A DNA stretch of 64,000 nucleotides from the human T2T-CHM13v2.0 reference genome, Homo sapiens, in assembly GCF_009914755.1 (NCBI RefSeq), contig NC_060929.1, one strand, 5' to 3'. Every line of letters starts with the position of its first letter. Position 1 is the stretch's first letter. The notes below the pieces were generated by a model, which saw nothing but the letters and a program-made list of their open reading frames with translations, did not search any database and had not been told where the DNA came from. The translations under genes and the position numbers were made by a program. Positions 41,311-56,190 of this stretch are shown in pieces.

Positions 41311-41318
41311 TGAGAAGG

Positions 41319-41420
41319 TAGAGGGAGGGAGGGAGGGAGGGAGGAGGGGAGAAAAGAAGGCAGGCAGGAAGGAGGCAGAAGAAGAAAGGCAGGAGAGAAG
41401 AAAGGAAGGAAGAAAAGGAT
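41319..41420. repeat. Polypurine GA-rich low-complexity tract
   Basis: (GGGA)n/(GAA)-like runs. Confidence 0.8.
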
Positions 41421-41559
41421 AAGTCAAGCAAAGATATTGAGGAGCAATTCATTCATCCATCTGTCTATCTATCCATCCATTCCTTCCTTCGACAAATATC
41501 TGCTGAGTTCCTATCAAGCACCATTCTTGGCACTAAGGATATAACAGTTAACAAGCGGA

Positions 41560-41790
41560 AGCTACCAGCAGCTGACCCTCAACATTTCCAGGTGACTTTG
41601 GTGTGTGCATATGTGAGTGTGTGTGTACACGTGGGTGCAAGCCCTCTGTCTGCACAGGCCTGTTGCCAGGGCACCTGTCTTCCCTAGGGTCTGGTGCTTT
41701 TAGCCTCTGGCTCCAGCTCCTATTGCAGCCCGAAATAAGGCTGTGACCCATGGCAAGGCAGGAATGATTCTCATCAGCTGAAGCCAGAGC
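41560..41790 (+). promoter_or_regulatory. MYOZ3: Candidate MYOZ3 muscle promoter
   Basis: E-boxes CAGCTG 41569 and 41775 and CACCTG 41672; MCAT GGAATG 41761; directly upstream of the exon 1 donor. Confidence 0.5.
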
Positions 41791-41939
41791 TGGCTGCAGG
41801 GGACACCCTGCTCGCTGCCTACTGACTGCTGACCGCTGACTGCCTACAGGGACGCCACGCAACTCTCAGCTTCCCGACAGAGGTGTTAATCTTGAGGGTC
41901 TAAGATTCCCTCCTGCCTATTGTGGTCCCATCCTCTCAG
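41780..41939 (+). other. MYOZ3: MYOZ3 non-coding exon 1 (start approximate)
   Basis: Donor CAG|GTACCA at 41940; exon 2 has only 1 nt before its ATG, so an upstream UTR exon is needed. Confidence 0.6.
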
Positions 41940-43453
41940 GTACCAGCATCCTAGGGGAGCTTGGGGAACTCAGGGGAGTGGGCAGAGGAGGTGAGCCAAT
42001 CCCCAGAGCTCCTTCCCCCGGAGAGGAAGGGCCCTGCAGTGGATCTAGGGAGTTTGGGGCCCCATGCAAGCCTCGATCCTGGTTTGGGAGGAGAGGAACT
42101 CTAAGCTCTAGGTTACCCTGCATTAAATGGGGAGGGTGTGGCTAGGATTAAAGGTGGGGAATAGGTAATGGCTCTGCTCAGGACTTTGGGATTTTTAGGC
42201 AGTAGAGGGAAGCAGCTTCTCTGTAAAATGAGAGACCCTTCCCAGCATCTGTGAATTTCTGTAAAGGGAGTGTTTATCAAGAAACAGATCTGTGGACTGT
42301 GGAATCCTAAACGGTTGTGATCGAGGCATTCTCAATCATCCCATGACCCTCACCCCAAATGCATGTAGACACACTCATGTTTACGTATAGTTTTAGGGGG
42401 TTTGTGAACACCCTAAAGCCCATCCATGGATCTCTGTGATTTAGCCTAACCCCCTACTGTTACAGATGGGGGAACTGAGGTGCAGAGCTGGAAAGCTACT
42501 TGTTCGCAGTTACAGAGAAAGCCAGGGACACCCACTAGACTCCAGTTGCACAATGCAGTGCCCACTGACTCCCAGGGCCCCTTGTCGGTGTTGGGGATAC
42601 AGATGAAGGCAGATTGTTTTCTAAAGGAAGGAGTATAGGAAAACCTGGAGGCAAAGGAGAAGGGTACCCAGGTGGGTGGTCAGTCGAGGAGCTCAAGGGC
42701 TCTGCCTCTTCTCCAGAGGGCAAGTTAAGGTACCTGGGCAAGTTAAGGGCTCTGGACCTCATTTTATTTGCAAATCTCTTCCAAGATTCTTTGAAAGTGC
42801 CATGAGATACAAATAGGGGGATGGAACAGGAGGAAGAGAAGGGACGAGGGAGAAGAGAACACCACGGAAGTTAGCCCAGTAGCGGGGAGATGGGGAGGAC
42901 GGGGGATGGTTCTCTCTGCTTGGTTGGACCAGCCTGTGCCCTCAAGCGTCAGGGCCAAGTGCCAAGGATGAAAGGGGCTCACCAGCCTTGCAGACCCCAG
43001 TGTAACCCCAACCTAGTCCATCCTCCCCCTTCCCCTAACTTAAACCTCCAACTTCTTTCAGCCTTGGACTAGGACTCTCCTGGGTCAACCGATGACAGTA
43101 GTGCCTGAGACCTTTGCCTGCCCCACCCGGATGCCCCTGGCACCTACTCTCCCTCTGATCAGGATGCCAGAGCTGGGAAAAGGCCCTAGAAACCACCCCT
43201 GAAGAGACAGTGCTTCCCTAGCAACATGAAAATAGATTCGTGCAAACTTGAGCACCTCCCTCTCGTTCCCTGGGCCTCAGTCTCCTCTGCACGGAGACCC
43301 TGAAGTCCCTTCCAGCTCAGACATCCCTTGCTTGTGATTTGGGGCTGGCCTAAAGCTGTTCAGGACTGGGGCAGGGTGAACCAGAGACTGGAAGGAGGTC
43401 TGGGGAGAAATGGAGGCAGCCTGGTCCATTTATGGGGGTCTCTCCTCCACAGG

Positions 43454-43514
43454 ATGATCCCCAAGGAGCAGAAGGGGCCAGTGATGGCTGCCATGGGGGA
43501 CCTCACTGAACCAG
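43454..43514 (+). CDS. MYOZ3: Myozenin-3 coding exon 1 (MIPKEQKGPVMAAMGDLTEP)
   Basis: Acceptor ctccacag|G ATG; donor CAG|GTAAGG; phase 1. Confidence 0.93.
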
Positions 43515-44224
43515 GTAAGGTGGTTCTAGCCTCATGCCTTCCTCAGACTCCATCATTTCCTTGCTCCCAGGCTGCACTCACTCTGGCCTGCTGGCCCCAG
43601 GCCTGGGCAGACAGGTGTGAGCTCCAGGCCAGCTCTGAGGGAGTGCCTGTAGAATTTGCTGCCTAGGCTGGGAAGCTTCCCTGAGGCACTGGGAGGGGTC
43701 TTGCCCATCTGTCCACAGACCCAGGAGCTGAGGCTGAGTGTCCCAGGCTGGGCCTTGGCTCTAAAATGACCCTGGCCCTGGCTTCATCTAAGGCCTCACC
43801 TCAGCCCCAAATTAAGCTCTGAAGACTCTGGTCCCAACTCCAGCCCTACCTGTGGCTGCAAGCTCTGCACACACTTGCCTTTGCCTATTACTCCTGTGGG
43901 TCTCACCGAGGCCTCTGGGTGGCCCAGGATGGCTGGGCCCCATGGCTAAGAGAGGGGAGTGGAGAGAGTGGAGTAGGGTGGGAAGACAGGGGAGTCGAGA
44001 GAGTGGAGCAGGGTGGGAAGAGCAGGCTGCCCATTTGAATACAAAACTTTCTACTTAAAGCTGATTCATCAAATGAGTAAATCATTTTTATCATTTCATT
44101 AAAAAAGTTTAAATTCATTTTTATCAATTTTAGAAGACCTCTTGAGGAACTCTTGATACAATTTTGGAATCTGTTTATTTGGTCTACTTTAGAGGATTTC
44201 AGGTATTTTAAAAATTAATTTAGG

Positions 44225-44533
44225 GGCTGGACACAGAGGCTGATGCCTTTAATCCCAGCACTTTGGGAGGCTGAGGTGGAAGAATTGCTTGAGCCCAGGA
44301 GTTTGAGACCAGCCGGGGCAACATGGTGAGACTCCATCTCTACAAAAAAAAAAAATTAGCCAGGCATGGTGGCACATGCCTGTGGTCCCAGCTACTCAGG
44401 AGGCTGAGGCAAGAGGATCGTTTGAGCCTAGGAGTTGGAGGCTATAGTGAGCTACGGTTGTGCCACTGCACTCCAGCCTGGGTGACAGAGGGAGACTCTG
44501 TCTCTAAAAAAAAAAAAAAAGAAAAAGAAAAAA
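44225..44533 (+). mobile_element. Alu (AluJ-like)
   Basis: Diverged Alu dimer with A-tail. Confidence 0.92.
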
Positions 44534-44549
44534 ATTAATTCAACTAAGT

Positions 44550-44680
44550 CAGAGTTCTCAAGCTTTATTGTGAATCATAATGATTTGATGTTGGTTAAGC
44601 ATACAGAGTCCCAGCATCTACTCCTGAGGATTCTGACTCAGGGGACCTAAGTTAGGACTTGTGCATTTGCCTTCAGCGTG
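44550..44680. mobile_element. MER5-like fragment
   Basis: gttctcaagcttt...gaatca...ctgaggattctgactcag. Confidence 0.5.
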
Positions 44681-46105
44681 CTAAGGAGTCAGTCATATTT
44701 CATGACTTCATATGTGGCATCCTTTTAACCTATTTTGTGTGCTCTTGCCTCCTTTTGTTGATGTCCAGTTTCTTCCCCTACCCTGATTTTGTAGCTGAAA
44801 TATGCACATTCTATGGGTACTGACGCTCTAACTAGAAGGGTCAGGCAATGCATTCTCTTTTCTCTTGGGGAGTTCATTACAGACCCCCAAATATGGAGAC
44901 ACATCATTGATACAAGACTTGAAATATATAACTTGTTGATTATTGCTAAGGTACTGACTAAAGACAATTTTGAAACAAAAGTAGGAAGAAAAAATAAATC
45001 TCATAATCTCACTACCTAAAGACGGCCACTGTAAAGTAAAAGTTATAAAAATGTTTACCATCATTGCATGCTTACTATGTGGCAGATACTTTGCTAAGAG
45101 AAAAGTATCCTTTATGCTTTGTGTCATTTCATCCCCACCACAACTCCCTAAGTTAGATATTCTCCTCATTTTGGAAATGAGAATATTGAGGCTCAGAGGA
45201 GCAGGTGATCACATCTGGTAGGTGGTAGAGCTGCAATTTGACTCCAGGTCTCTTTGTCTTCAGAGCTGTTTCTTTATTACATGGTTACAATGATAATACA
45301 TCACTTTTTAAAAAAAAAATTCACTTGCCATTGACTTGGCATACATTAAAAAAATTTGTTTAATTCAGACAAAACAGACATGAACGGCTTTGAAAGTTCA
45401 TCATAATGGAACCATCTGGAGATAACCACTGTTAACATATTTATGTAAATTCTTGTTCTGTTCATATATGAATGTCTTTATATAAACATACATACACATG
45501 GGCTAAATACTATATGCTATGTTCTTTGGCTTTTTTTTTTTTTCATTTAGCAGCATTCCATCCTAGTATGATTTATCTCACGCCTTCCTTCCCCGTGCTT
45601 ACCAGCTTTCTGCTGTTTGGACACGTCATGTGTGTTTAACCATCCCCTGATGAGGGTTGTCTGGGGTGAGATCCTTCGGGGCAGAACAGAGGAGCCTTGT
45701 GCAAGTGACTTATTGAGAACGTGCTCTCGGAAGGGAAGGAGGAATGCAGCCTAGGGTGGGGTACTGCTGAGCGAGGATGTGGGCTCAGCGGCTGTCCAGT
45801 TCAGTGTGACCCCGCGGGGAGCTCTCGAGCATGAATTGCTCCACAGAATTCATCCCACCTGAGGCAAGGGCGCTGTGGAGCATCCATTCCACTGGCAGTT
45901 CTCTGTAGAAGGTGGTGGTGTGAACTCTTAGCCACTAATAAGGGGCATCTGGCAGCATCCACCACGAGACTGAGTCCCAGTTTTCACAATTTTAAACCCC
46001 ACTGCAATAAACATTCTTATACATGTATCTTTGGACATATTTATTCAACTTTTTCCCCGAGAATAAATTCCTAGAAATAGAAATACTCAGTCAAATAGAT
46101 TTTAT

Positions 46106-46578
<473 letters not shown>

Positions 46579-46830
46579 TCAGCTCATCTGTATAGTATTT
46601 CAGAATATGATACTGAGGGTGCTTTATTATGTATTTAGGTATAACTATTCTTTTATATTTTTAAGTAGGCAGTACACTTTCTTGTTAAAAACAGTTACAA
46701 CAAAACAGTGTAAACAATTTCCAACCCTCCTCCTTTATATGTCCCATGGTCACTGCTGTGGTGACATGTCTCCTTGGCATGTCTCCTTGCAGATTTTTCA
46801 ATGCATGCAAAAACACATACTTATTTTTTA

Positions 46831-47253
<423 letters not shown>

Positions 47254-47267
47254 TTAATTTATACTGG

Positions 47268-47570
47268 ATTTCTTTTTTTCTTTTTTTTTTGAGACAGCAT
47301 CTCACTCTTTTGCCCAGACTGGAGCACAGTGACATGATCTCAGCTCATTGCAAACTTCACCTCCACCTTCAAGTGATTCTTGTGCCTCAGCCTCCCAAGT
47401 AGCTGAATTACAGGCACACGCCACCATGCCTGGCTAATTTTTGTATTCTTAGTAGAGAAGGGGTTTTGCCATGTTGGCCAGGTTGGTCTTGAACTCCTGA
47501 CCTCAAGTGATCCACCCTCCTCTGCCTCCCAAAGTGCTGGGATTATGGGTGTGAGCCACTGCGCCCGGCC
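47268..47570 (-). mobile_element. Alu (AluS-like)
   Basis: Reverse Alu body. Confidence 0.93.
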
Positions 47571-47729
47571 TATAAGTGGATTTCTTTCTGTTCTTAGCAC
47601 ATAAAAAGTGTCCTTTATGTGTCCGTTGAAAGAATAAAAAAAAATCAGTGTCCTTTTTAGACAGCTATTTAGGATTCCATTGACTGGCATGAATCACAGC
47701 ACCCAAGTGACCCCCAGTACTGCCTGGTA

Positions 47730-49100
47730 GCCATGTCCATCTCCCTAGTTCATTCACTATCTCATGCTACTCTCTTAATGACTTTGGCAACCCCTCTTCT
47801 CAAACCTCCAATACCTCCTTGCACAACCTCATTCTCAGCTAAAGACCTTGCTTCTTATTCCACTGAGAAAAATAGAGTAACCAGAAGAGAACATCTGCAA
47901 GCATCCTCCGCCACATCTGTCTACTTGCTTGCATCTGCACCCGTGTTTGTGGTTTTCCTTTCTGATATGGTGGATGGACTCTCCTCATACCTGCCTGGTG
48001 CCAATTCCTCTGGCTGGGCTCTGGAAACCCAGCTCTCCTGTCACTCCTGCTCAAGGACATTCCTTCAGCAATTCTCCCCTCTCTCTATTGCATTGTCAAA
48101 TGTTCCCGTCAGTTAACGCACATGCTGTTATTTCTCCATTTTTACAAACAAACAAACAAACCCCTCTTGATCCCATAGCTGTCTGTAGCCAGGATCCTTT
48201 AAAGCCCAACTCTTCCAAGCAGTTGTCTATATTGTTCTTACCAATCCTCTCTTTCTCTCTTTTTGACATTTTATTAGTCAATTTCCAAAGACACATACAA
48301 GTAGGGAGTACATGGTCCCTCCTTCATTCCTAAATTTCAAAGCTAATACCAAAAAGCATGTCATTTCACCCCGCAAATTCTTCAGAATGCATCAAAATAA
48401 TAAAAGGGCATTTCCTTACATGCCACAAAGATATTAGCATACTGAACAAAATTTGCAGTAATGATTTGATACCATTTAATAAGCGGTCTGTATTCAACCT
48501 TCTTCAGTTTTCTAGTTTGTTTTCATCAGCATCCAAACAAGGGCCACAGTTTTTATTTGGTTGCTATGGCTCCTAAATCTCCTTTAATCTAAAGCAACCC
48601 CTCTGCCCCTTTTTTCCATGTCACTCACTTGTTTGAAAAACCAGGCCAGTTGTCCTGTAGAATGTCCTGCGTCCTGGATTTGGCTTATCGCTTCCTCATG
48701 GTGTGGTTAAACTTGTTCTTCTGTCCATTTTCTCTTGAACCCTCTCCAGTTAGGCTTTCACACCCAAACACTCCATAGAAACTGCTTTAGTGAAAATTAC
48801 CAATGACCTTGTATTGCTAAATATAATAGTGGATTTTCAGCCCTCATCTTCCTTGACACATCAGCAGCACTTGGCTCTGTTAGTCTCTCTATCATACCTG
48901 AAATGCTTTCATCATTTATTTCCAGGATGCCATCCTCTTTAGTTTCTTCCTATGTTGTGGGCTGCTCCTGCCCAGGCTCCTGGCTTGGTTCCTCCTCACC
49001 GCCTCACTGTAAATGTTGGAGGCCCCAGGCTCCGTCTCTGATCCTCTTTACCTATTCTCATTTCTTTATGATCTCATCCAGCCTCCCAGCTTAAAATACC
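47730..49100 (+). mobile_element. L2 LINE remnant, interrupted by an older-L1-like piece (~48270-48725)
   Basis: ctcagctaaagaccttgcttcttattccactgagaaaaatag; ccaatgaccttgtattgctaaat...tcagcagcacttggc. Confidence 0.65.
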
Positions 49101-49671
49101 ATTTATGGAGCTGGAATATGAACGTATGTGTATCTGATTTTAGAGATGGACTAGGCAGGCCGTGCTGCCCACACAGGGCTCTCACCTGCCAAGGTCCTCA
49201 CCATTCTGTCCCCTCTGTCCTGCAAAAGGCTTCCTTTGTTGGCCAAACGTGAAAGTTTGAATTTGGCTGGTAGGAAACGCACAAAGGATAGGGATGGGTC
49301 TCAAACTACTAAGAACAGCCATCACCCTGAAAATCCTCTAAATAGCTGTAAAGACTAGTTCCAACTATGAGAAAAGAAATAAATGTAACGTTCTTCATTG
49401 AAAAACAACAACAAATACCAGTAAATACCAGTAAAAGCTCATGATGCCCAACATTTCACCTCCAGGTCAGTTTTCTCCAGATTCACACATCTATCTCCCT
49501 CCTCAGCACCACTACTTAGATGCCTACAAGTCTCCTCAAACTTAGTGTGCCCAGTTTTGGAGACAATTAGCAGAGTTTGGATATGGACTAGATATTAGGT
49601 AAAACAAAAATTTGTTCACTTGGAAATGTGGAGATCTTTAACTTGTAAAGATCTTGATAAAACAAGTTACA

Positions 49672-49958
<287 letters not shown>

Positions 49959-50144
49959 TTACAAAACATGTATGCTATAATTTTATTTTGGTTAAAACCT
50001 CATAGGAATATAGTCATTGAAAAAGATATGAAAGGACATACACTAAGGTGTTAATAGTGGCAGTCTCTGGGTGATAGATAATGGTATTTTTCTCTTTTTT
50101 GTCTGATATCTGTATTGTCCAACTTTCCTCAGGGCCCATATATG

Positions 50145-50459
<315 letters not shown>

Positions 50460-50996
50460 CATATATGCTTTTTTATAATAATAAAAGGCTATTTTAAAGT
50501 TAAAAGAACACAGGTCTAAAACTGAACTCCTGATCTTTCCCAGAACCTTCTCCTCCCTTTGCCTTCCCCATCTCCGTGAATGGCTGCTCTATCCTTCCAG
50601 TGGCTAAGGCCAGAAACCTTGCAGTCATCCTCTCTCACTCATTGCCCATACCCATGGCTTACCTTTAAAAAATATCGAGAATCTGACCATTTCTCACTAC
50701 CTCCACCATTATGGGCAAAGACCTGCATGGGGAATTCATGCAATAAACACAAATGGCCAAAGAACTTCGGAAACAGTGCTAAACTTCACTGAGCAACAAA
50801 CACATGCAAATTAAACTCTGAGGTGTCATTTTTGCCCATCAGGTGGGCAAAGATTTCAAACAATCATGACACCCGGTGTCGGCAAGCTTGGTGAGAAACA
50901 GGCATTCTTACACACAGCATGCCATGCTTCGAGAGGTGGGGCCTGGAGTGTATGGGGGATGGGGTGGTGAGAGCCCGCTCTGGCCTTTCCTGGCAG

Positions 50997-51151
50997 TCCC
51001 TACGCTGGACCTGGGCAAGAAGCTGAGCGTGCCCCAGGACCTGATGATGGAGGAGCTGTCACTACGCAACAACAGAGGGTCCCTCCTCTTCCAGAAGAGG
51101 CAGCGCCGTGTGCAGAAGTTCACTTTCGAGTTAGCAGCCAGCCAGCGGGCG
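50997..51151 (+). CDS. MYOZ3: Myozenin-3 coding exon 2 ([23 protein letters not shown]...QRA)
   Basis: Acceptor ttcctggcag|TC; donor GCG|GTGAGT; calsarcin N-terminal motif DLGKK/LMMEEL/RGSLLF. Confidence 0.96.
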
Positions 51152-52107
51152 GTGAGTAAGCCACCATTGTGCTCATGGGGAAAATGAGGACCACAGAGAG
51201 CCACTGGTTAGCCTAAAGTCAAACGGTAAGCCAGGCTGAGGACTGTGATGTTCCCATCAGATTAGGCTCCTGCCTTTCAGTGTGATCCTTGAAAAGTGTT
51301 ATCTTTTTAGGCATCTCTCCCTGGATACAGAACAAAGTAAACAAAGTGGATTAGGGGGTTGAGGATAAGCCGTGGAGTGAAGGGACTCTGGCTCCTACCA
51401 AAAAAAAAAAAAAAAAAAAAGCTAAGACAGGCATGCACTCTAGGCTAAATTTGCAGCAGGCTGGATCTAGTTTAGACTTGGGCCTGATCTAAGATGGAAA
51501 ATGTAGAATGCCCTTTTTTCTTCTTCCCACCGGAGAAAGGAAAGGCCATGGAATAATCTGCTGGTGGAGAAGAAAGGCAAGAAGGGTTTTTCCCTTGGCT
51601 TCAGAAAGGCAGCAGGCAGTTCCAGATACTTCTAAGGAAGCCAGGGCTATTCCATCCACCCTCCACTTAATTTCTGGGCTAGACAGGAGGCAACTGAGAG
51701 GGAGTGATGTGGCAGAAAAATAAAGATGGCAAAACACCCGCCTTTGCTATGTGCCTAAGACAATGCTAGCTAAGCACTTTGCAGGTATCTCATTTAATGC
51801 TCATAGACCCCTCTGAGGAAGAGATCTTCATCACCATCATCCTCATTCTATCGAGAAGGACATTGAGGCTCAGGGAAATTAAGTATCTTGCCCGGACTCG
51901 GCATTACAATAGCAATTAACATATATCGAGTATTTCTCGGTCCCAGGCACTGGGTTTAGCGTTGTAAACTAGTAACTCATCCTTGTTCCCCGATGATGGG
52001 CGTTAGGATTCTTGCCTCCCCCCGACCTTTTTTTTTGGTGGAGGGAGAACCCTGGTCCCCTGCCCCGCTGAGCTTCTCTGCGGTTTATTCTACCCCCTCG
52101 TTCCCAG

Positions 52108-52161
52108 ATGCTGGCCGGAAGCGCCAGGAGGAAGGTGACTGGAACAGCGGAGTCGGGGACG
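52108..52161 (+). CDS. MYOZ3: Myozenin-3 coding exon 3 (MLAGSARRKVTGTAESGT)
   Basis: ttcccag|ATG ... ACG|GTGAGC; 54 nt, phase 0-0. Confidence 0.93.
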
Positions 52162-52265
52162 GTGAGCGTGGAGGGGAGCTCCCTGGAAGGGAAGCTGGGG
52201 GAAGGGGAGCGCGGCTGGGGGCGGGAGGTCGTCGGTGGCCTCTGAGAACCCGCCCCTGTGCCCAG

Positions 52266-52419
52266 GTTGCCAATGCCAATGGCCCTGAGGGGCCGAACTA
52301 CCGCTCGGAGCTCCACATCTTCCCGGCCTCACCCGGGGCCTCACTCGGGGGTCCCGAGGGCGCCCACCCTGCAGCCGCCCCTGCTGGGTGCGTCCCCAGC
52401 CCCAGCGCCCTGGCGCCAG
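52266..52419 (+). CDS. MYOZ3: Myozenin-3 coding exon 4 (VANANGPEG...SALAP)
   Basis: gcccag|GTT ... CAG|GTGAGT. Confidence 0.94.
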
Positions 52420-52850
52420 GTGAGTGGCCTCCTCGGGTCCCGGGACCAGGGCTGGGGGGCCTGAAGCATGGGTGTGCTCCCCATGGGGCAGGAAGAGCAC
52501 CCAGAAGGCTAGTCCGCCCCCTTCCCCAACACACACGCGCACGCGCGCACTCCCCTCGCCAGACCACGAGCCGGAGGGGCGCCGCGCCCCAGGTCACACA
52601 GCGAGTCAGCCAAGGCCAAGACCAACCCGCGCTGCGAACTCGTGGCTTCCTCACTGCAGTCCTCCGTGTTTCCTGGGATGGGGAGGGGTCTCCTGTGCTG
52701 GAGCAACTGTGGCTTCCCATTCCCGCCGTCCTCTCCCCTAACTCCGATCTTCCCTCCTCCAACCGCGTCCGCGGAATGGGGGTGGGGCGAGGTGGGGTTG
52801 GGGGCTGAGGGTGGAAGAACGGAGGCGCTCCCTTCCCCCCGCGCCCCTAG

Positions 52851-53013
52851 GCTATGCGGAGCCGCTGAAGGGCGTCCCGCCAGAGAAGTTCAACCACACC
52901 GCCATCCCCAAGGGCTACCGCTGCCCTTGGCAGGAGTTCGTCAGCTACCGGGACTACCAGAGCGATGGCCGAAGTCACACCCCCAGCCCCAACGACTACC
53001 GAAATTTCAACAA
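52851..53013 (+). CDS. MYOZ3: Myozenin-3 coding exon 5 (GYAEPLKGVPPEKFNHTAIPKGYRCPW...YRNFN)
   Basis: cccctag|GC ... AA|GTAAGG; calsarcin motif PLKxVPPEKFNxTAxPKxYxxPW. Confidence 0.96.
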
Positions 53014-53795
53014 GTAAGGCGGGGCGGGCAGCCCGGGGGACAGACCGGGAGGGGCGGGAAGCCAGTCACAGCCACAGCGGGAGCCTGCGTTTCCTGAGCA
53101 CTTTCTGCAGGCCAGGCTCTGTCCCCAGCGCTTTCTATTCATTGACTGAGCTCTGGCTGGAACAGCGCCTCCGCACCTGGTAGGTGCTCAGTTAACGTGG
53201 GAGAAATGAAGAGTGAAGGTGCCGCACATCTTGGATATTCTCCAGGACATGGTGGGCGGGTGCTATGAGTTTTCCTGTTCTGCAGATGAAGAGGCTGCGG
53301 CTCAGGAATATGAACAACCCGGCCAAAGCCACAAAACAAGGAAGCACCGGCAGGGCCGGGATTCAGGTCTGGGTTTGTCTGACTCCAGAGCCCAGTGCCT
53401 TGTTCTCCATGGCTGCTGTGTGCTACCTCTTTGATGAACATCTAGATTTGTGTCCTTCTCTGAGGGGTCCCCAGATTTCAGCAGTTCGAGGCCAGCTCAG
53501 CTTTTCCTTTCACCAATGGCCTAGAAGAGGCCAACAAGGTAGCTTTGAGGCTGCCCCAAAGTGGAGAGTGGCAGTGAAACATTGGACGCCAGAGTGAGGG
53601 CCACAGCGCAGTGGCCTATATGGGTTTAGAGCGTGAGGCCTCCACGTGGACTTGAATGCAGACCCCAGGCCTGCCCGTGTTGACCTTGGGCAAGTGACTT
53701 AACCTCTCTGAGCCTCCATTGCCCCACCTGTAAAATGAGGGGTTTATAGTACCTGCTTCATAAAGTTGCTATGGAGATGACACGAGAAGCCATAG

Positions 53796-54149
<354 letters not shown>

Positions 54150-55241
54150 GTATTATGATTATTATTTACAGCTGAGATGAAGTTTGGACAGGGGAGAGCT
54201 TGAAAGGGATACATTTACCATTCTGCACTGAGGGCCTGAAAACAAACCATAGGAATCAAGACAGGAGCTTGGCACTGGGGGAAGGCCTTGGGCTGAGGAG
54301 TGCATGTTAACTGCATTGGCTTCCTTGGTCTGGTGCTATTTTTGAATATGCTCCTCTGGTTTGGGCTGCATTTAGTGAGGAAAAGGGGAGTCCACAGAGA
54401 GGACGCCACGGTCCTGCTCTTCTGGCATTTGCTCAGACCACACGTGGAGACTGGGTCTGTCTAAGACAGACGGGTGGGCGCCAGAGCCTAGCTAGGCCTG
54501 GAAAATCAGCACATATGAGGAAGGGCTGAAGGAACTGGGGGTGATCTGCCTTGAGAAGAGACAGCTCCAGAGGGATGTGACTGCCCTCAAATATCTGAAT
54601 AGGCAGAGACTTCCTGATGGGAAGAATTGGGCTTAGCATGCGCTGTGTGAGTCACGAGCCATTAACAGACATTCTGGAGTTCCCTGGCAGGCAGGACTGC
54701 CCTATCTCCTCCTGGGCCCTCAGACCCTGCCTGCCCAGTCATTTGAAACCTGCAGCAGACATTCAGTCCTGGCAGGCAGCTTCCAGGCTGGGCCACTCAG
54801 GTTGCATCTCCCACTGATCTCATGCCTCATGTATGACAGCAAGGCACATTCCCACCAGCAGAAAGAGGCTCTTAGGGAGCCCTGCATCCAGACCTCTTCT
54901 GAGGGAGAAAGACCAACTGAGGCATAGAGAAGAGAAACAGCAGTTTGGGTGGCCAAGATGTGCTCAGCTTCCAGGGTCCTGGGCTCCCAGTCAAGGGCCT
55001 GACTGTGGGCCTTGCATGGCTTGGACACCACCCAGCCTGTTCCTGTGAGGCCTGGCTGTTGCCACCAAAACTGGGGTGGTCCAGGCAGAAATGCTTTCCT
55101 GGCTGGGACTCAGGCCCTGGCTCAAGGTTTGTCTTTCCACCCCAGAGGCAAGCACTCTCCTCTTCCCACTGGTCCCAGGCTGCTGGAAAAACAACACAAG
55201 CAATGATTTTTATTTTTCTTAAAATTAAGAAACAGTATTAA

Positions 55242-55551
55242 GGCCGGGCGCAGTGGCTCATGCCTGTAATCCCACTTTGGGAGGCCGAGGGAGGCGGATC
55301 ACTTGAGGTCAGAAGTTCAAGACCAGCCTGGCCAACATGATGAAATCTCATTTCTACTAAAAATACAAAAATTAGCTGGGCTTCTTGGCACACACTTGTA
55401 ATCCCAGCTACTCAGGAGGCTGAGGTGGGAGAATCGCTTGAACCTGGGAGGCGGAGGTTGCAGTGTGCCGAGATCCTTCTACTACACTCTAGCCTGAGTG
55501 ACAGAGCAAGACCCTGTCTCAAAACAAAACAAAACAAAACAACAAAAAAAA
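55242..55551 (+). mobile_element. Alu (AluS-like)
   Basis: Full Alu, (CAAAA)n tail. Confidence 0.93.
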
Positions 55552-55872
55552 GTATTATTAAAATCACATACATAGGTTCTCTTTTAAAAAATGTTAGGCA
55601 AATAAATGTAGAGCCCCTTTGCTCACCATCCTCCAATCCCAGTTGCCTTCCCAAAGGTAACATGGTTGTCAGGCTGGCCTGAATGGGCTCAGAACATTTT
55701 GTGTGGGCAGCTGCATGCCTGTAGGGGGAATGGCGTTTGTGTGTGTGTGGGGGTGTGTGTGTTAATACTTTGCACTTCATTCTGTTAACTTGCTTTTTTT
55801 ACTCAACATTACGCTTTCGAAATCTACCATACTAATACGTAGAGCTCTAGTTCCTTTTAAGCTGCTGTATAG

Positions 55873-56190
<318 letters not shown>

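Larger units (their letters stand above)
52000..53100. promoter_or_regulatory. Intragenic CpG island over MYOZ3 coding exons 3-5
   Basis: High CpG density across exons and introns. Confidence 0.75.

Noticed and set aside
45650-45965. Possible MaLR/MLT1-type LTR fragment
   Set aside because: Resemblance too weak to call without a Dfam search.
51993-52808. 271-aa ORF spanning MYOZ3 exons
   Set aside because: Only 52266-52419 is the true MYOZ3 frame; the rest is GC-rich intron or out-of-frame exon.
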